From a virus (lineage: Duplodnaviria > Caudoviricetes): a DNA stretch of 64,000 nucleotides. The translations under genes and the position numbers were made by a program. The notes under the pieces were generated by a model. The model was not told where the DNA came from and made no database searches. It worked only from the letters and a program-made list of their open reading frames with translations. The stretch covers positions 1 through 64,000 of IMG/VR virus record IMGVR_UViG_3300007171_000004. One strand, written 5' to 3'. Shown one piece after another: positions 47,720 through 57,645 of the stretch; positions within the stretch are counted from its first letter, which is position 1, and each line of letters begins with the position of its first letter.

Positions 47720-49069
47720 TTAAATGCCATATCTACCCCTTAAAGCATTGAAATTTGATAAGATTTCAGTTGATGTTAAAGCTCTGTTGTAAACTTTAAA
47801 ATGTCCAATTCTAATATTGCTAAAAATAAACGTTCTATAAGATGCTATATATAAACCCGAACTGGAATAAGATGGATTTATATGAGTACCTGCAACATTT
47901 GTTCTATCAATACCATTTACATAAATTCTTACAGAAGATCCATTTCTTACATCTGAAACCATATACCAAACACCTGTAGTAAAAGTTCCTGCAGCTGTAG
48001 TAGTAGCTTGCATAGCACCAGATTGATTCGTACCAAAAAAATAACTACCATCAGAACTTAACTGCGTATAATATCCATTACTCTGATAATCACCTTTGTA
48101 ATATGGAATTGGACCTTGGGTAGGCTGATTCGTTGTAAAGCTATTGATATAAATCCAATAAGAATATGTAAAGCTTTCTGAGGTAAATCCAAAAGGACTA
48201 TTGTAAACTAAAATATGATCATTAGTACCGTCAAAATTTAAATATCCACCATTATTAGAGCTAAAAGTTGGACCATTAACAAGTAATCCAGGATAGTTAT
48301 TAATTGTACTTTGAATGTAAGTAGTTGGATTTCTATACGACAATGCTGTAGATATATCATAATTTAAAAGAAGACCGTTTTTAACAATATCTGCTTTGTA
48401 AGAATACCTATCTTTTGTAGCATTATATAATTGTGCTACTTCTGCTGCGGATAAAGCTTTGTTATAGATTTGGACACTTGATATAAAACCTCCAAAATAT
48501 CTGTTGTATCCAGTTCCAATTCCAACATTTACAAAAGAAGTAGGCCAAAGAGTCCAAGAAGAGCTAGAAACATTTAAAGAACCGTTCAAATATCCAATAA
48601 AAGAATTAGTAGATTGATTCCAAGTAACTAAAACATGATACCAAGTGTTTACATTAATTGTTGAAAAAGTTAATGAAGCCAATCCACCAGAACCAATCCA
48701 TACTTTTAAAGATCCAGCAGATTCTCCAATTTCAAATCTTAAAACATTAGTATTGAATCCATTATAATTAGTTGAAAAAGGATTTGTAATAACTAATTGG
48801 ACCTCTAAACAATTCATCCAAAAGCTAATTGTTCCTTGAGTTGTAAATGTGCCTAAACTTCCAACATTAATAAAGTCATCTACACCATCAAAAGAAAAAT
48901 ATCCAGATAAATTTGAGGAATATCCCGTGCCGTTTGTTAAAGTTTCTACTGCACCTGTAACAATATCATTTACATTTGTACCAGATCCAGAATAGCTTTT
49001 TGCATTTCCAGCATCTATTGAAAAAACAAGCCCGTCTAAAGGAATACTAGGAGAAGAAAAAACACCCAT
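47720..49069 (-). CDS. Tandem LamG/concanavalin-like lectin protein (2 domains)
   Basis: Two repeats (IDAGNAKSYSGSG and YDISTALSY), each with FDG.(D/N)D and NKAL/NRAL...RY. Confidence 0.8.
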   Translation of the reverse strand: MGVFSSPSIPLDGLVFSIDAGNAKSYSGSGTNVNDIVTGAVETLTNGTGYSSNLSGYFSFDGVDDFINVGSLGTFTTQGTISFWMNCLEVQLVITNPFSTNYNGFNTNVLRFEIGESAGSLKVWIGSGGLASLTFSTINVNTWYHVLVTWNQSTNSFIGYLNGSLNVSSSSWTLWPTSFVNVGIGTGYNRYFGGFISSVQIYNKALSAAEVAQLYNATKDRYSYKADIVKNGLLLNYDISTALSYRNPTTYIQSTINNYPGLLVNGPTFSSNNGGYLNFDGTNDHILVYNSPFGFTSESFTYSYWIYINSFTTNQPTQGPIPYYKGDYQSNGYYTQLSSDGSYFFGTNQSGAMQATTTAAGTFTTGVWYMVSDVRNGSSVRIYVNGIDRTNVAGTHINPSYSSSGLYIASYRTFIFSNIRIGHFKVYNRALTSTEILSNFNALRGRYGI

Positions 49070-49734
49070 TATAAATATCTTCCTTTTGTGGCATTGTAAT
49101 TTTGTAAGATTTCTTGTCGTGAAAGGGCACGATTATATATCTGCACAATTGAAATATTTCCATTGTAATAATAAGAACCTGCATTTTGGCCAATACTTAA
49201 AGTTCTTCCTGATATCTGCAAAACACCAGAAGCAGTAAAAGTAGTATCTACAACTCCATTTATATATTGAGTACATAAACCAGAATTTCTAGTCAAACCA
49301 ACTAAATTCCAAAGACCAGTGCAGATATCAATAGTTCCATTTTTTGGCACTCCAGCAACCCAATTTCTTAAAACACCAGAATTTATTGCGGTATATATCA
49401 AATAACCCGTGCCATTTCCATCATCTAAACTCATAATTGTAGAATAATTTGACTTAAAAGAAGTTTTATGCCAAGCTAATATTGTAAAGTCACCTGTTCC
49501 TATATTAAAAATATCATTAGGAAGAAATGATATAAAGTCATTAGAGCCATCAAATGTAAACAAACCATTATTATTTGAACTAAATCCAACACCATTATTC
49601 AAAACACCAATATAATTTGAATTACTTATATTTGTTACATTTGTTCCACTACCGCTATAACTTTTAAGATTAGCAGCATCAAGATATAAAACTAACCCAT
49701 CTGTGATAATAGATGGGTTATAAGCAACAGCCAT
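49069..49734 (-). CDS. Single LamG/concanavalin-like lectin protein
   Basis: GLVLYLDAANLKSYSGSG...FDGSND...YNRALS...KGRY. Confidence 0.8.
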   Translation of the reverse strand: MAVAYNPSIITDGLVLYLDAANLKSYSGSGTNVTNISNSNYIGVLNNGVGFSSNNNGLFTFDGSNDFISFLPNDIFNIGTGDFTILAWHKTSFKSNYSTIMSLDDGNGTGYLIYTAINSGVLRNWVAGVPKNGTIDICTGLWNLVGLTRNSGLCTQYINGVVDTTFTASGVLQISGRTLSIGQNAGSYYYNGNISIVQIYNRALSRQEILQNYNATKGRYL

Positions 49735-49744
49735 GAGAATTTAC

Positions 49745-51373
49745 CTATACTCTTTGTGATGGAGATGTTTCAGAATCTAATGTAAATGTACGAACAACTG
49801 TAGTACCATCAGGAGCATATAATCTTAAAGTAGTGCCAGTTACAGCCCACTTACCAAATCCCTGAGCACGAGCAGCATTTAAACAGTCTCCAATTGTATT
49901 TGCTGTATTTGATGTCGGAACAGCTTGAGTGAGATCTAATTGACTAGAAATTAACTGACAATCTACAACAGCTCCATTCGTTCCAGAAGCTCCTCTTACT
50001 GTAATTGTTACTCTATCGACACCAGAGACAAAAGCTGCATTTGGTACATCTAATCTATATAACCCAGGCTGATTAATCGCATCAATCTCAGCAAAACCAC
50101 CTGAAACCCATGCGCCATTAGATGTTTGACTCACTAATGAGATTGCAACTGAATTTGAACCTGATCTTGTATATCTTGCCGACAAACCAGATGTATTAAA
50201 TAATAATCCTGTAGCTCCTAAATAAAGATGAAGGGTTTTAGATGTAGCATTAGGAGAAATTGTTACAGAAGATGTGTTGCGCTCTGTTGGGTAGTAGTAA
50301 CTTGTCCCTGATGCTTGCACTGCTGTCGCACATCCAATATCTGGCAACGATGCACCAGCCGACCAAGTTTGTCCATACAAATCGGTAGTGCTTGCATATG
50401 TTGATAGACCTGCACCGACGTTTACAGAGCCTGTTATGGAACTGAATGGTTTTTGAATTGCTAAACCAAACAAAGAAGAATGACCAAAATCAAATTGTGG
50501 TGCGCCGTCTGTTACTGTTGATGCACCATTAGGAACAGTGACATTTCCTCCTGAGCCAACTCGCCTATTATAATTTTCGATAATATTTGTTGACGAACCG
50601 CCATTCAAGGTGCTTGTACATTGATAGATAATACTGTTTGTGAAATAACACAATGATGTGCTATTTCCTGTTCCTTGGATATAGACTGCACTGCCAGATG
50701 TGCCAGATATAACTGTATTGGTAATTTTAATACCTCCACCAGTACTATTATTTATCCAAATTGCAGTATTACCATTATTGACAAAACAATTTCGGATTAA
50801 TATGTTTGTATCAGTATCAGTAGTAGTTGCTAAGTACATACCAACATATGACCGCATAATAATACAGTTTTCTATTGTAATATTTTTTATAGATGTTAAT
50901 CTGATTGCTGGACTGCCCAAACCACCACCAGCGGCTCCATTTCCTGAAAAAATACAATTCTTTATACTTGAATTTGTCCCAGTACCTGTGTAATAAATCC
51001 CGCCTTGTATTGACGAATGATCAAAATAAATATTACTAATATTGATATAATCAAATGTAGTACCACCCCATAAAAGTTGACTTGTCGCAGCACTGTTGTC
51101 ATTTACTAAGAAATTAGTAATTCTCACAATGCCTGGTGTTACTCCAGGAAATTGTGAAGCAGTCGGGTCGCCAGTGAAGTATGTCGGTGATGTATATACA
51201 GATGTATATAATGACTGACGATATGTGCCAGGGGCGATAAATACTGTGTCTCCTGAGGTAAATGCAGTGCCTCCTTGAGTAATTCTTGCTAAAGTTTGCC
51301 ACGCTTGATTAGCAGCTGGGCCTGTGCCTGTATTGCTGTTATTGCCATCTGGGCGAACATAATAAATTGCCAT
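49745..51373 (-). CDS. Putative virion surface protein: beta-helix plus conserved C-terminal module (ninth copy)
   Basis: MAIYYVRPDG...GPAANQAW start; module SGGFAEID...PGLYRLDVP...GDCLNAARAQGFGKW. Confidence 0.8.
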   Translation of the reverse strand: MAIYYVRPDGNNSNTGTGPAANQAWQTLARITQGGTAFTSGDTVFIAPGTYRQSLYTSVYTSPTYFTGDPTASQFPGVTPGIVRITNFLVNDNSAATSQLLWGGTTFDYINISNIYFDHSSIQGGIYYTGTGTNSSIKNCIFSGNGAAGGGLGSPAIRLTSIKNITIENCIIMRSYVGMYLATTTDTDTNILIRNCFVNNGNTAIWINNSTGGGIKITNTVISGTSGSAVYIQGTGNSTSLCYFTNSIIYQCTSTLNGGSSTNIIENYNRRVGSGGNVTVPNGASTVTDGAPQFDFGHSSLFGLAIQKPFSSITGSVNVGAGLSTYASTTDLYGQTWSAGASLPDIGCATAVQASGTSYYYPTERNTSSVTISPNATSKTLHLYLGATGLLFNTSGLSARYTRSGSNSVAISLVSQTSNGAWVSGGFAEIDAINQPGLYRLDVPNAAFVSGVDRVTITVRGASGTNGAVVDCQLISSQLDLTQAVPTSNTANTIGDCLNAARAQGFGKWAVTGTTLRLYAPDGTTVVRTFTLDSETSPSQRV

Positions 51374-51600
51374 TATTCCGCTGTCCCATCTACTATTTCT
51401 CTAGCCATAAGCCAAACAAATTGATTTACGATTGATAATTGCCATTCTGAGTCTTGTCTAGCCCACCATTCAAACATACTTGTACCATTGGGACCAAAAT
51501 TGGCAATTTCTTCATTTAAATTATTTGTAATCACGCCTTTAACAATCCAATCTGCTGGATTCTGAGGATTTTGTGTAATTTCTAATGTCGAGAAGTTCAT
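51373..51600 (-). CDS. Small protein with one ~70-aa W..G.I...FG..GT...WW..Q repeat
   Basis: Aligns with both halves of 51644..52093. Confidence 0.7.
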   Translation of the reverse strand: MNFSTLEITQNPQNPADWIVKGVITNNLNEEIANFGPNGTSMFEWWARQDSEWQLSIVNQFVWLMAREIVDGTAE

Positions 51601-51643
51601 TTTCTTACCTTTAAAATTTTAATATGATGAAAAAATGCTAACA

Positions 51644-52093
51644 TTATTCAGCGCTTCCTTGAATAATCTCTTGAGCCATATAAATAGCGAATCTTCCAAC
51701 ATAAGAAGCTTGATATTCTTGAGATTGAGATAGCCACCAAGCGTTAACTAAAGTTCCATCTTCTCCAAATGTAGCTAAAATATTTCCATGATCATCTTCA
51801 ATATTTCCCAAAATCTTCCAATCATTTGTTTCTGCAACCTTAATGATAGAAAATTCTTGAAAATTCATGCTGCCAGAATAATTACCTAAAAGATTCCTAG
51901 CAATTTCTACAGCATATTGTTGAACGATTGATAATTGAAATCCATCATCTTGTCTCATCCACCAAGGTCCGACGAGAGTTCCAGATTCGCCAAATGTTCC
52001 TAAAATTGTATTAGAATCGTCCTCAATATCGCCAAAAACTTTCCAATCATTCAATGTTTCATCATATTCAATATAATAATTTTGCAGATTCAT
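51644..52093 (-). CDS. Small protein with two tandem ~70-aa repeats
   Basis: DWK..G.IEDD...IL.TFGE.GTLV..WW..Q occurs twice. Confidence 0.75.
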   Translation of the reverse strand: MNLQNYYIEYDETLNDWKVFGDIEDDSNTILGTFGESGTLVGPWWMRQDDGFQLSIVQQYAVEIARNLLGNYSGSMNFQEFSIIKVAETNDWKILGNIEDDHGNILATFGEDGTLVNAWWLSQSQEYQASYVGRFAIYMAQEIIQGSAE

Positions 52094-52094
52094 A

Positions 52095-53420
52095 TTAAAA
52101 CTCCACTTTCAATTTTGCTACGTCTTTTCTCTCAGCAAAAACAGTGTAAAAACAGCTTATTTTTGACCACCAATAACTTTTTACAAATACTGTGTTGTTT
52201 TCTATTTTTTCGACCCTTAAACCATAAGAATTGCCTAAAGGTGTTAAATTTACAGTGATTGTATTTTCATCAACTAATCCTACCCAATAGTCTGGAAGAT
52301 AGATAATATTATCCTTTAAAATTCCCCTAACATATACACCATTTTCTGGACCTTCAAGAGAGCCATATCTTAGTTTCATGTCAGGCTTTGTGGGGTGATT
52401 AATTACAAAGCTTTTATTTGTTGCTGAAATTTCTCCATTAACTTCAAGATCATATGATGGAGAGGATGTACCAATTCCAATTCTATTATTTACTGTATCT
52501 ACTGTTAAAATATTTGTGCCAGCAGAATTTTGAAAAGATAGAGAATTTGTAGCATTAGTCGTGGGTTTAATTGCTAAAGTTGTTGAAGGAGCTAAAATTG
52601 TCGCAGAAGATAATATTGTAGAGCTTAACGTCCCAGTAGATGGATTGTAAGTAAGCTTAGTAGAAGAAACATTAAAAGTAGCAGCGCCAGATGTAACAGA
52701 TGTGAAAGAAATATACCGAGGAGAATTAGTTGTTGTATCATCTGTAACATTTAAAGTACTCGCTGAAGAAACTGCTGCTGTTAATACTACCCCTGAAACA
52801 TCTGCAGAACCATCTATCGTAAATGAACCAGTAACGTTGCCTCCAGAAAAAGTTACTGTTCTAGGAGTAGGCCAATATACATTTTTTCTACCAATATATC
52901 TGTATCCTGTAACTTTATATGGTGCTCTTGAAATTACAGTGCCAGAATCAGTGTTGGCATTCTTAAAAACTAAAATTCCAGTCTGATAATCAAAAAACCA
53001 ACTCGATGCATCTGCTTTTGGTACTAGAATATTATCTTTATCATATACCTTAATTTCATATCCAGTACCAGCGATAGTTCCAGGAGCATCATATTTATCA
53101 GGAATCCAATCTTTTAACCTAGATGATTCCGAAAGAGAAGATCCATTATTAGCAGTTACAGTGTCAGTAATGCTTGTTGCGAACCATGCTTGTTTATTAG
53201 GTACAGAAAGATCTTCGACTAACGTAAGAAGAGTATTGACCTGTACGATTGATGTTGAAGAACCTGGCGGAGTAGATGGAATATTATCAAGTTTAATATC
53301 TGTATAGTGAAGTTCAAGAGTAGATGCACCCTTTTCTTCATTAATACCTTTTCCAGTACTTGTGGTAATTCGTTTATTATTTAGCTTCTTAAAGCTTACA
53401 TCATTATCTGTCCAAGGCAT
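52095..53420 (-). CDS. Virion fibre/baseplate-like protein with C-terminal KSF.I.HP...LEGPE domain
   Basis: WFFDYQTGIL motif, RIGIGTSSPSY.LEV repeat, ATNKSFVINHP...LEGPENGVYVRG. Confidence 0.75.
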   Translation of the reverse strand: MPWTDNDVSFKKLNNKRITTSTGKGINEEKGASTLELHYTDIKLDNIPSTPPGSSTSIVQVNTLLTLVEDLSVPNKQAWFATSITDTVTANNGSSLSESSRLKDWIPDKYDAPGTIAGTGYEIKVYDKDNILVPKADASSWFFDYQTGILVFKNANTDSGTVISRAPYKVTGYRYIGRKNVYWPTPRTVTFSGGNVTGSFTIDGSADVSGVVLTAAVSSASTLNVTDDTTTNSPRYISFTSVTSGAATFNVSSTKLTYNPSTGTLSSTILSSATILAPSTTLAIKPTTNATNSLSFQNSAGTNILTVDTVNNRIGIGTSSPSYDLEVNGEISATNKSFVINHPTKPDMKLRYGSLEGPENGVYVRGILKDNIIYLPDYWVGLVDENTITVNLTPLGNSYGLRVEKIENNTVFVKSYWWSKISCFYTVFAERKDVAKLKVEF

Positions 53421-53421
53421 T

Positions 53422-55875
53422 TTAGCTGCTTACTATAGATGTGATTACTGGACTTGTGTTTTTAATAATAATCACTAATCTATACCTTCCTAAGTTTCCT
53501 GAAGTTGTTGGACCTGTTGTATATAAATTTCCTAAAGACCATCCCACTGCCCCACCAGAACCAGATGTTTTAGCGGATATAGCAGCTGCACGGGAAGATC
53601 CATCATTACTATTTGATCCCTGAGGTACGCCAAGATCAAACCATTTATTGTCAGCATCTAGATAAATTAATACATTTAAATTTCCAGTGCCATAAGGAGA
53701 AATATCTGTGTGAGCAATATTAGTAAATGTCAAAGTTCCAGTAGATGCAGATGTCTTATAGAAGAATCTTTGATATTCTTGATCTCCTGAAAAACCTGGA
53801 TATTCTGTTGCGTTAGGAAATTGTAAACAACCTGTATTAGCAGTTGAATGGTTTCTAACTTGAGCATTTCCATTAGCCAGAGTGTTAGTTGAAGTCCATG
53901 CAGTTGTGGTGTTTAATATTAATCTTTGAGCTTCATCTTGGAAATAATCCGCTGTGGTTGTAGATGTAGTTCCAAAAGTATTAATATAATAATTTAAATT
54001 TGCATTACCAGAAGTTGAAGCCCCAGAAGGTTTATTTAATGCAACAGTTAGATATTTATTTAATGAACTTCTTCCTGATACATTAATTGTGGCGATAGCA
54101 AAATTTCCACCAGATTTATCAAATGTGTCTGTATATACTGGAGTTGAGACAGGATTGACAGCAGTTTCATTCATTCCTGTTCCTGTGATTGCTGCTACTT
54201 TAGTCGGGTGGTAGCATCTGTTAAAAATACCAGAAGCTGCAATAAATCTAATTTGAAATGTAGATGTTGCTGTGTAATATGCTATACCAGATAAATATTT
54301 AAAGTTTACAGTGGCTTCAGTGGCTGTTGGAGATGTACTAAAAGATGGATTAGGGTTAGCTGCTGAATATGAATCGTAATAAGAATTAAAGATGTTAGTT
54401 TCACCAGCATCAGTATGTACGATTGAGTGACCTTCCCATCCATCAGTATTGTGCAAATAAGAAATAGTTGCATTAGCTTTTTTCCAGATACTGTTATAGG
54501 TAATGAAAGATGAAATTGTAAGAGAACCTGAAGTTAATGGAGTGCTTACAATACTGGACATTAGAATAGGATCAATACTAGTTCCAGAAGGCGCTAATGG
54601 TGTGTACTTCTTATGTGCAGTGGTTCCATATGTGGCTGTATCATTTGCTTTACCAGATTTATATGTCGTTGCTGTATTGGCTGTGGCTCCAGAAATAGTT
54701 CCAGATACAAAATACGTTGAGATTGTAGAACCCGCAGAAGCTCCACCATAATACCAATCAGGAATTCCAGAAGATACAATTGCGTTATAGAAAGTAACTC
54801 CAGAAGTAGATAAAGATGTTCCAGAAAGAGGATTGGCTTGAGCAGGAGCAATTGCATTTAAAAGCTCATTTACATCATCAAAAGCATCAGAAATCAAAGT
54901 AGAAGAAGTCCATGTACTAAAAAACCCATCTGTAAAAGTTCCATCAATAGTAGGAGTACCAAGAGTATTTGAACCTGTACCTGATACTGTACCCCAAGTA
55001 GGAACTCCAGATACAACCTTAAGCACTTCTCCTTCATTGCCAATTGCTCTTCTTGTCCATCCTCCAGCAGATCTATAAATTAGGTCTCCTGTAGCTTGAG
55101 AGGCAATTGTAAGTCCAGTAATATTAAATGTTTGTGAAGCTGAAAATGAAATAGCTTGTGTATGTGTATGAGCACCAGTCCAGTTAAAATTATATGCTTC
55201 ATCAACTGCTATCGTTCCAGCTGTTGTAATTGGATTAGGAGTAAGAGTAATTCCATTGCCAGGATTTAATGTTGTAGAACCGCCTCCTGCACCAATGACA
55301 GCCCAAGCAGATCCATTATAGTATTTTAGGATATTTGAAGCTGAATTATAATAAATTTGACCTGAAAAGCCTGTTAATGGGTCAGCAGTCTTATTTCCAA
55401 CTCTTAATACTGTAGTGCCAAGATCTAAATCACCAGTTATAGGGTCGTTTGAAGCATCTAATTTAAGATATCTTCCATCTCCTGTTGTTATATCTAATGC
55501 TCCAGATTGTGCTAAAGGCAACCATGCACCATCTGAATACACCTTTAATTGATTTAGGTTAGTATTGAAATATAGGGCTCCTTCTGCATTTTCTGTTGGA
55601 TCTGCAGTGGAAGCTAAGACTTTTAATCCATATTTACCAGCTGTGGGATAAAAATCTAAGTTGCCTAAAAATGAATCTCCAGCTTTCTTAACATAAAAAT
55701 CAGGAGTAATTGAAAGATTTAAGGTTTTGTTCGTGATACTAAGAGATAGGCCAGACAGAGTATTAGCGGAAACAAACAAATCGCCTTTAAGGCCATTTAA
55801 GCTTGTGACTACTTGATATGAGGTTGGGAGACTCCCTGGAATTAATCGAGGGGGAACAATATAAAAATCTGGCAT
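53422..55875 (-). CDS. Virion structural/fibre protein
   Basis: G.LYFNT....LKVY and GQIYYN....LKYY fibre repeats; GDLIY...W.R.AIG.EG.VL motif. Confidence 0.7.
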   Translation of the reverse strand: MPDFYIVPPRLIPGSLPTSYQVVTSLNGLKGDLFVSANTLSGLSLSITNKTLNLSITPDFYVKKAGDSFLGNLDFYPTAGKYGLKVLASTADPTENAEGALYFNTNLNQLKVYSDGAWLPLAQSGALDITTGDGRYLKLDASNDPITGDLDLGTTVLRVGNKTADPLTGFSGQIYYNSASNILKYYNGSAWAVIGAGGGSTTLNPGNGITLTPNPITTAGTIAVDEAYNFNWTGAHTHTQAISFSASQTFNITGLTIASQATGDLIYRSAGGWTRRAIGNEGEVLKVVSGVPTWGTVSGTGSNTLGTPTIDGTFTDGFFSTWTSSTLISDAFDDVNELLNAIAPAQANPLSGTSLSTSGVTFYNAIVSSGIPDWYYGGASAGSTISTYFVSGTISGATANTATTYKSGKANDTATYGTTAHKKYTPLAPSGTSIDPILMSSIVSTPLTSGSLTISSFITYNSIWKKANATISYLHNTDGWEGHSIVHTDAGETNIFNSYYDSYSAANPNPSFSTSPTATEATVNFKYLSGIAYYTATSTFQIRFIAASGIFNRCYHPTKVAAITGTGMNETAVNPVSTPVYTDTFDKSGGNFAIATINVSGRSSLNKYLTVALNKPSGASTSGNANLNYYINTFGTTSTTTADYFQDEAQRLILNTTTAWTSTNTLANGNAQVRNHSTANTGCLQFPNATEYPGFSGDQEYQRFFYKTSASTGTLTFTNIAHTDISPYGTGNLNVLIYLDADNKWFDLGVPQGSNSNDGSSRAAAISAKTSGSGGAVGWSLGNLYTTGPTTSGNLGRYRLVIIIKNTSPVITSIVSS

Positions 55876-56068
55876 AAGTTATCTTTGTACCTTTTGTTTT
55901 TTGTACAATCTGCTTGTTTTTTTCTATTGGTTAAAGGGAAAATCCTATGAACCCAGAAAAAGGTATTTAAATTCCTCATTAAGAATAAAATTGAGGAAAA
56001 CAATAAAAAAATTTATTAAAGGTTTTCGATCCGTTTTTTTCTTCGAAGAGAAACAAGGAGTAAAATAT

Positions 56069-56890
56069 ATGCCAAATTATCCATCATCTTTCATCAATGG
56101 TGCTGCACCTGGTGTAAGAGCTGTAAATAACGTAACAGATGCGAGAGAATTGAAGTTCACACAGGCTCTTTCGGTAGCGTTCGTCGCTGCTGGAACTGTT
56201 GGAACCCCAGCTACAATCCATGCTGCTACAACCACAAACATCACATTGTCCAACTCCCAAACCGTTGACGGTGTTTCGCTTACCGCTGCAGGTAACAACA
56301 CTGTTCTCGTTAAGGACCAAACCAACCCAGCACAAAATGGTATCTATACCGTTGTAGACGCTGGTGCTTGGACAAGAGTTGCTGCATTTGATACCTCTGC
56401 TGAGTTCATCTCTGCTAATAACTTTAAACTTCCTGCTGTATCTAACGGTACTGTCAATGCAGGTAGAGTTTATGTTGTCAGAAATGTTGTTTCTGGTTTC
56501 ACACTTGGAACTGATCCACTCAGATTTGAGCTTCTTCCTGCAGTTAACGTATTCAATTCTGCTGCTAAGTACCCAACTGACTCGGTCGTTGGTACTGCAA
56601 CAAGAATCAATCCTTCCAACGTTTGGGAAGATTTTGTTAACATCGCTGGTCAACTTGATGCTGCACTCCTCGCATTTGAGGCTGAATATGCATCTACCCT
56701 TTCTGCTAACTCTGATGAATTAGCAGCAAACGCAGCTATCCTTTCTATTGAGAATCTCCAAAGAAAGTTCGAAATGAACCTCTTTGAACTTAACAGATTG
56801 ACTGCTGACTTGACCAGAATCAGAACTGCATCTGGTACTCTCCGTGGTGCTACATCCAGATACCCAAGTGGACAATACAGAGGCTATTAA
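56069..56890 (+). CDS. Putative abundant virion protein with ATT.NITL...TVDGV...VLVKDQT...QNGIY domain (273 aa)
   Basis: Start moved from 55901 to the ATG at 56069 (AAGGAG SD at 56055-56060); common phage fibre domain followed by a helical C-terminus; C-ending codons enriched. Confidence 0.75.
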   Translation: MPNYPSSFINGAAPGVRAVNNVTDARELKFTQALSVAFVAAGTVGTPATIHAATTTNITLSNSQTVDGVSLTAAGNNTVLVKDQTNPAQNGIYTVVDAGAWTRVAAFDTSAEFISANNFKLPAVSNGTVNAGRVYVVRNVVSGFTLGTDPLRFELLPAVNVFNSAAKYPTDSVVGTATRINPSNVWEDFVNIAGQLDAALLAFEAEYASTLSANSDELAANAAILSIENLQRKFEMNLFELNRLTADLTRIRTASGTLRGATSRYPSGQYRGY

Positions 56891-56911
56891 TCTTAATAGT
56901 TTCTATACTAA

Positions 56912-56940
56912 AAAAGAGGGAAGAAATTCTTCCCTCTTTT
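56912..56940. terminator. Bidirectional intrinsic terminator
   Basis: AAAAGAGGGAAG-AAATT-CTTCCCTCTTTT between convergent genes. Confidence 0.85.
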
Positions 56941-56944
56941 CTTT

Positions 56945-57547
56945 TTATCTCCAAATCGGCCCTTTTTTCAATTTAGCCTTTAAAGATGCTATTGATAATG
57001 TTTTCAATCTAGTCTGCACAAGCATTGTCTTAACTGAATATCTATTTTTAAGATAAGACCCATTATAAGATCTATACATATTCCTATAAGCTGTTCGACT
57101 AGGCAATCCACCTCTTGAATATTTCTTTAAATGAGCTGCTAACTCTAAACTTCCAATAGCAATATTTCCATAAATTGTATAGGGATTATATACTCTTTTT
57201 GGGTCATAATACCTAATTGATGATCTAACAAGTTGCATCATTCCAATACAAGGTCTGCTAGTCATTCTAAATTCACTTTCAACATATGCAGTAGAAGCTA
57301 TAACATACGGATCAAGTTTAAATTTCTTAGCTGATACAAATATAGCACCAGTAATAATATCTACTTTCGATTGAGAATATTTTGGCTGAACTGTTTTAAT
57401 AAACGCCTTAATTTTCTCTTTATCTTTATTTATTGAAGCTGATTGTGTAACTTTGGGTTTGTTCACAACTTCAATTTTTTTATTTGGTTGCATTGGGCCT
57501 TGAAGCAATGTCCAGAGCAATACAATCGGTGTTAGAATTAAATGCAT
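56945..57547 (-). CDS. Lytic transglycosylase (SLT domain) with N-terminal hydrophobic/signal segment
   Basis: IDPY-like LDPYVIASTAYVESEF (catalytic Glu), IGMMQL, YNG motifs. Confidence 0.8.
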   Translation of the reverse strand: MHLILTPIVLLWTLLQGPMQPNKKIEVVNKPKVTQSASINKDKEKIKAFIKTVQPKYSQSKVDIITGAIFVSAKKFKLDPYVIASTAYVESEFRMTSRPCIGMMQLVRSSIRYYDPKRVYNPYTIYGNIAIGSLELAAHLKKYSRGGLPSRTAYRNMYRSYNGSYLKNRYSVKTMLVQTRLKTLSIASLKAKLKKGPIWR

Positions 57548-57590
57548 ATTAATTCTCCTTTCCTATGTTCTCTTAGCGAAGGAAGTCTTT

Positions 57591-57618
57591 TTGACAACCA
57601 CACAATAATCTATAGTAT
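57591..57618 (+). promoter_or_regulatory. Possible sigma70-type promoter
   Basis: TTGACA (57591-57596) with TAGTAT (57613-57618) at 16-nt spacing, upstream of 57646. Confidence 0.45.
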
Positions 57619-57645
57619 AACATTAACTATACAAATTGTAAAGCA

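Noticed and set aside
39423-54857. Plus-strand and alternate-frame ORFs nested in the tail fibre genes (e.g. 39964, 41365, 44022, 44622, 50700, 52702, 54503)
   Set aside because: V/P/A-rich antisense translations of Thr/Gly/Ser-rich fibres; no SD or independent evidence.
55901-56068. N-terminal 56 codons of the 55901..56890 ORF call
   Set aside because: AT-rich regulatory-looking sequence starting at a TTG within the palindrome; a strong SD precedes the ATG at 56069.
56077-56723. Overlapping ORFs 56077..56325, 56084..56653 and 56364..56723
   Set aside because: Shadow frames produced by the biased codon usage of the real gene; no recognisable motifs.
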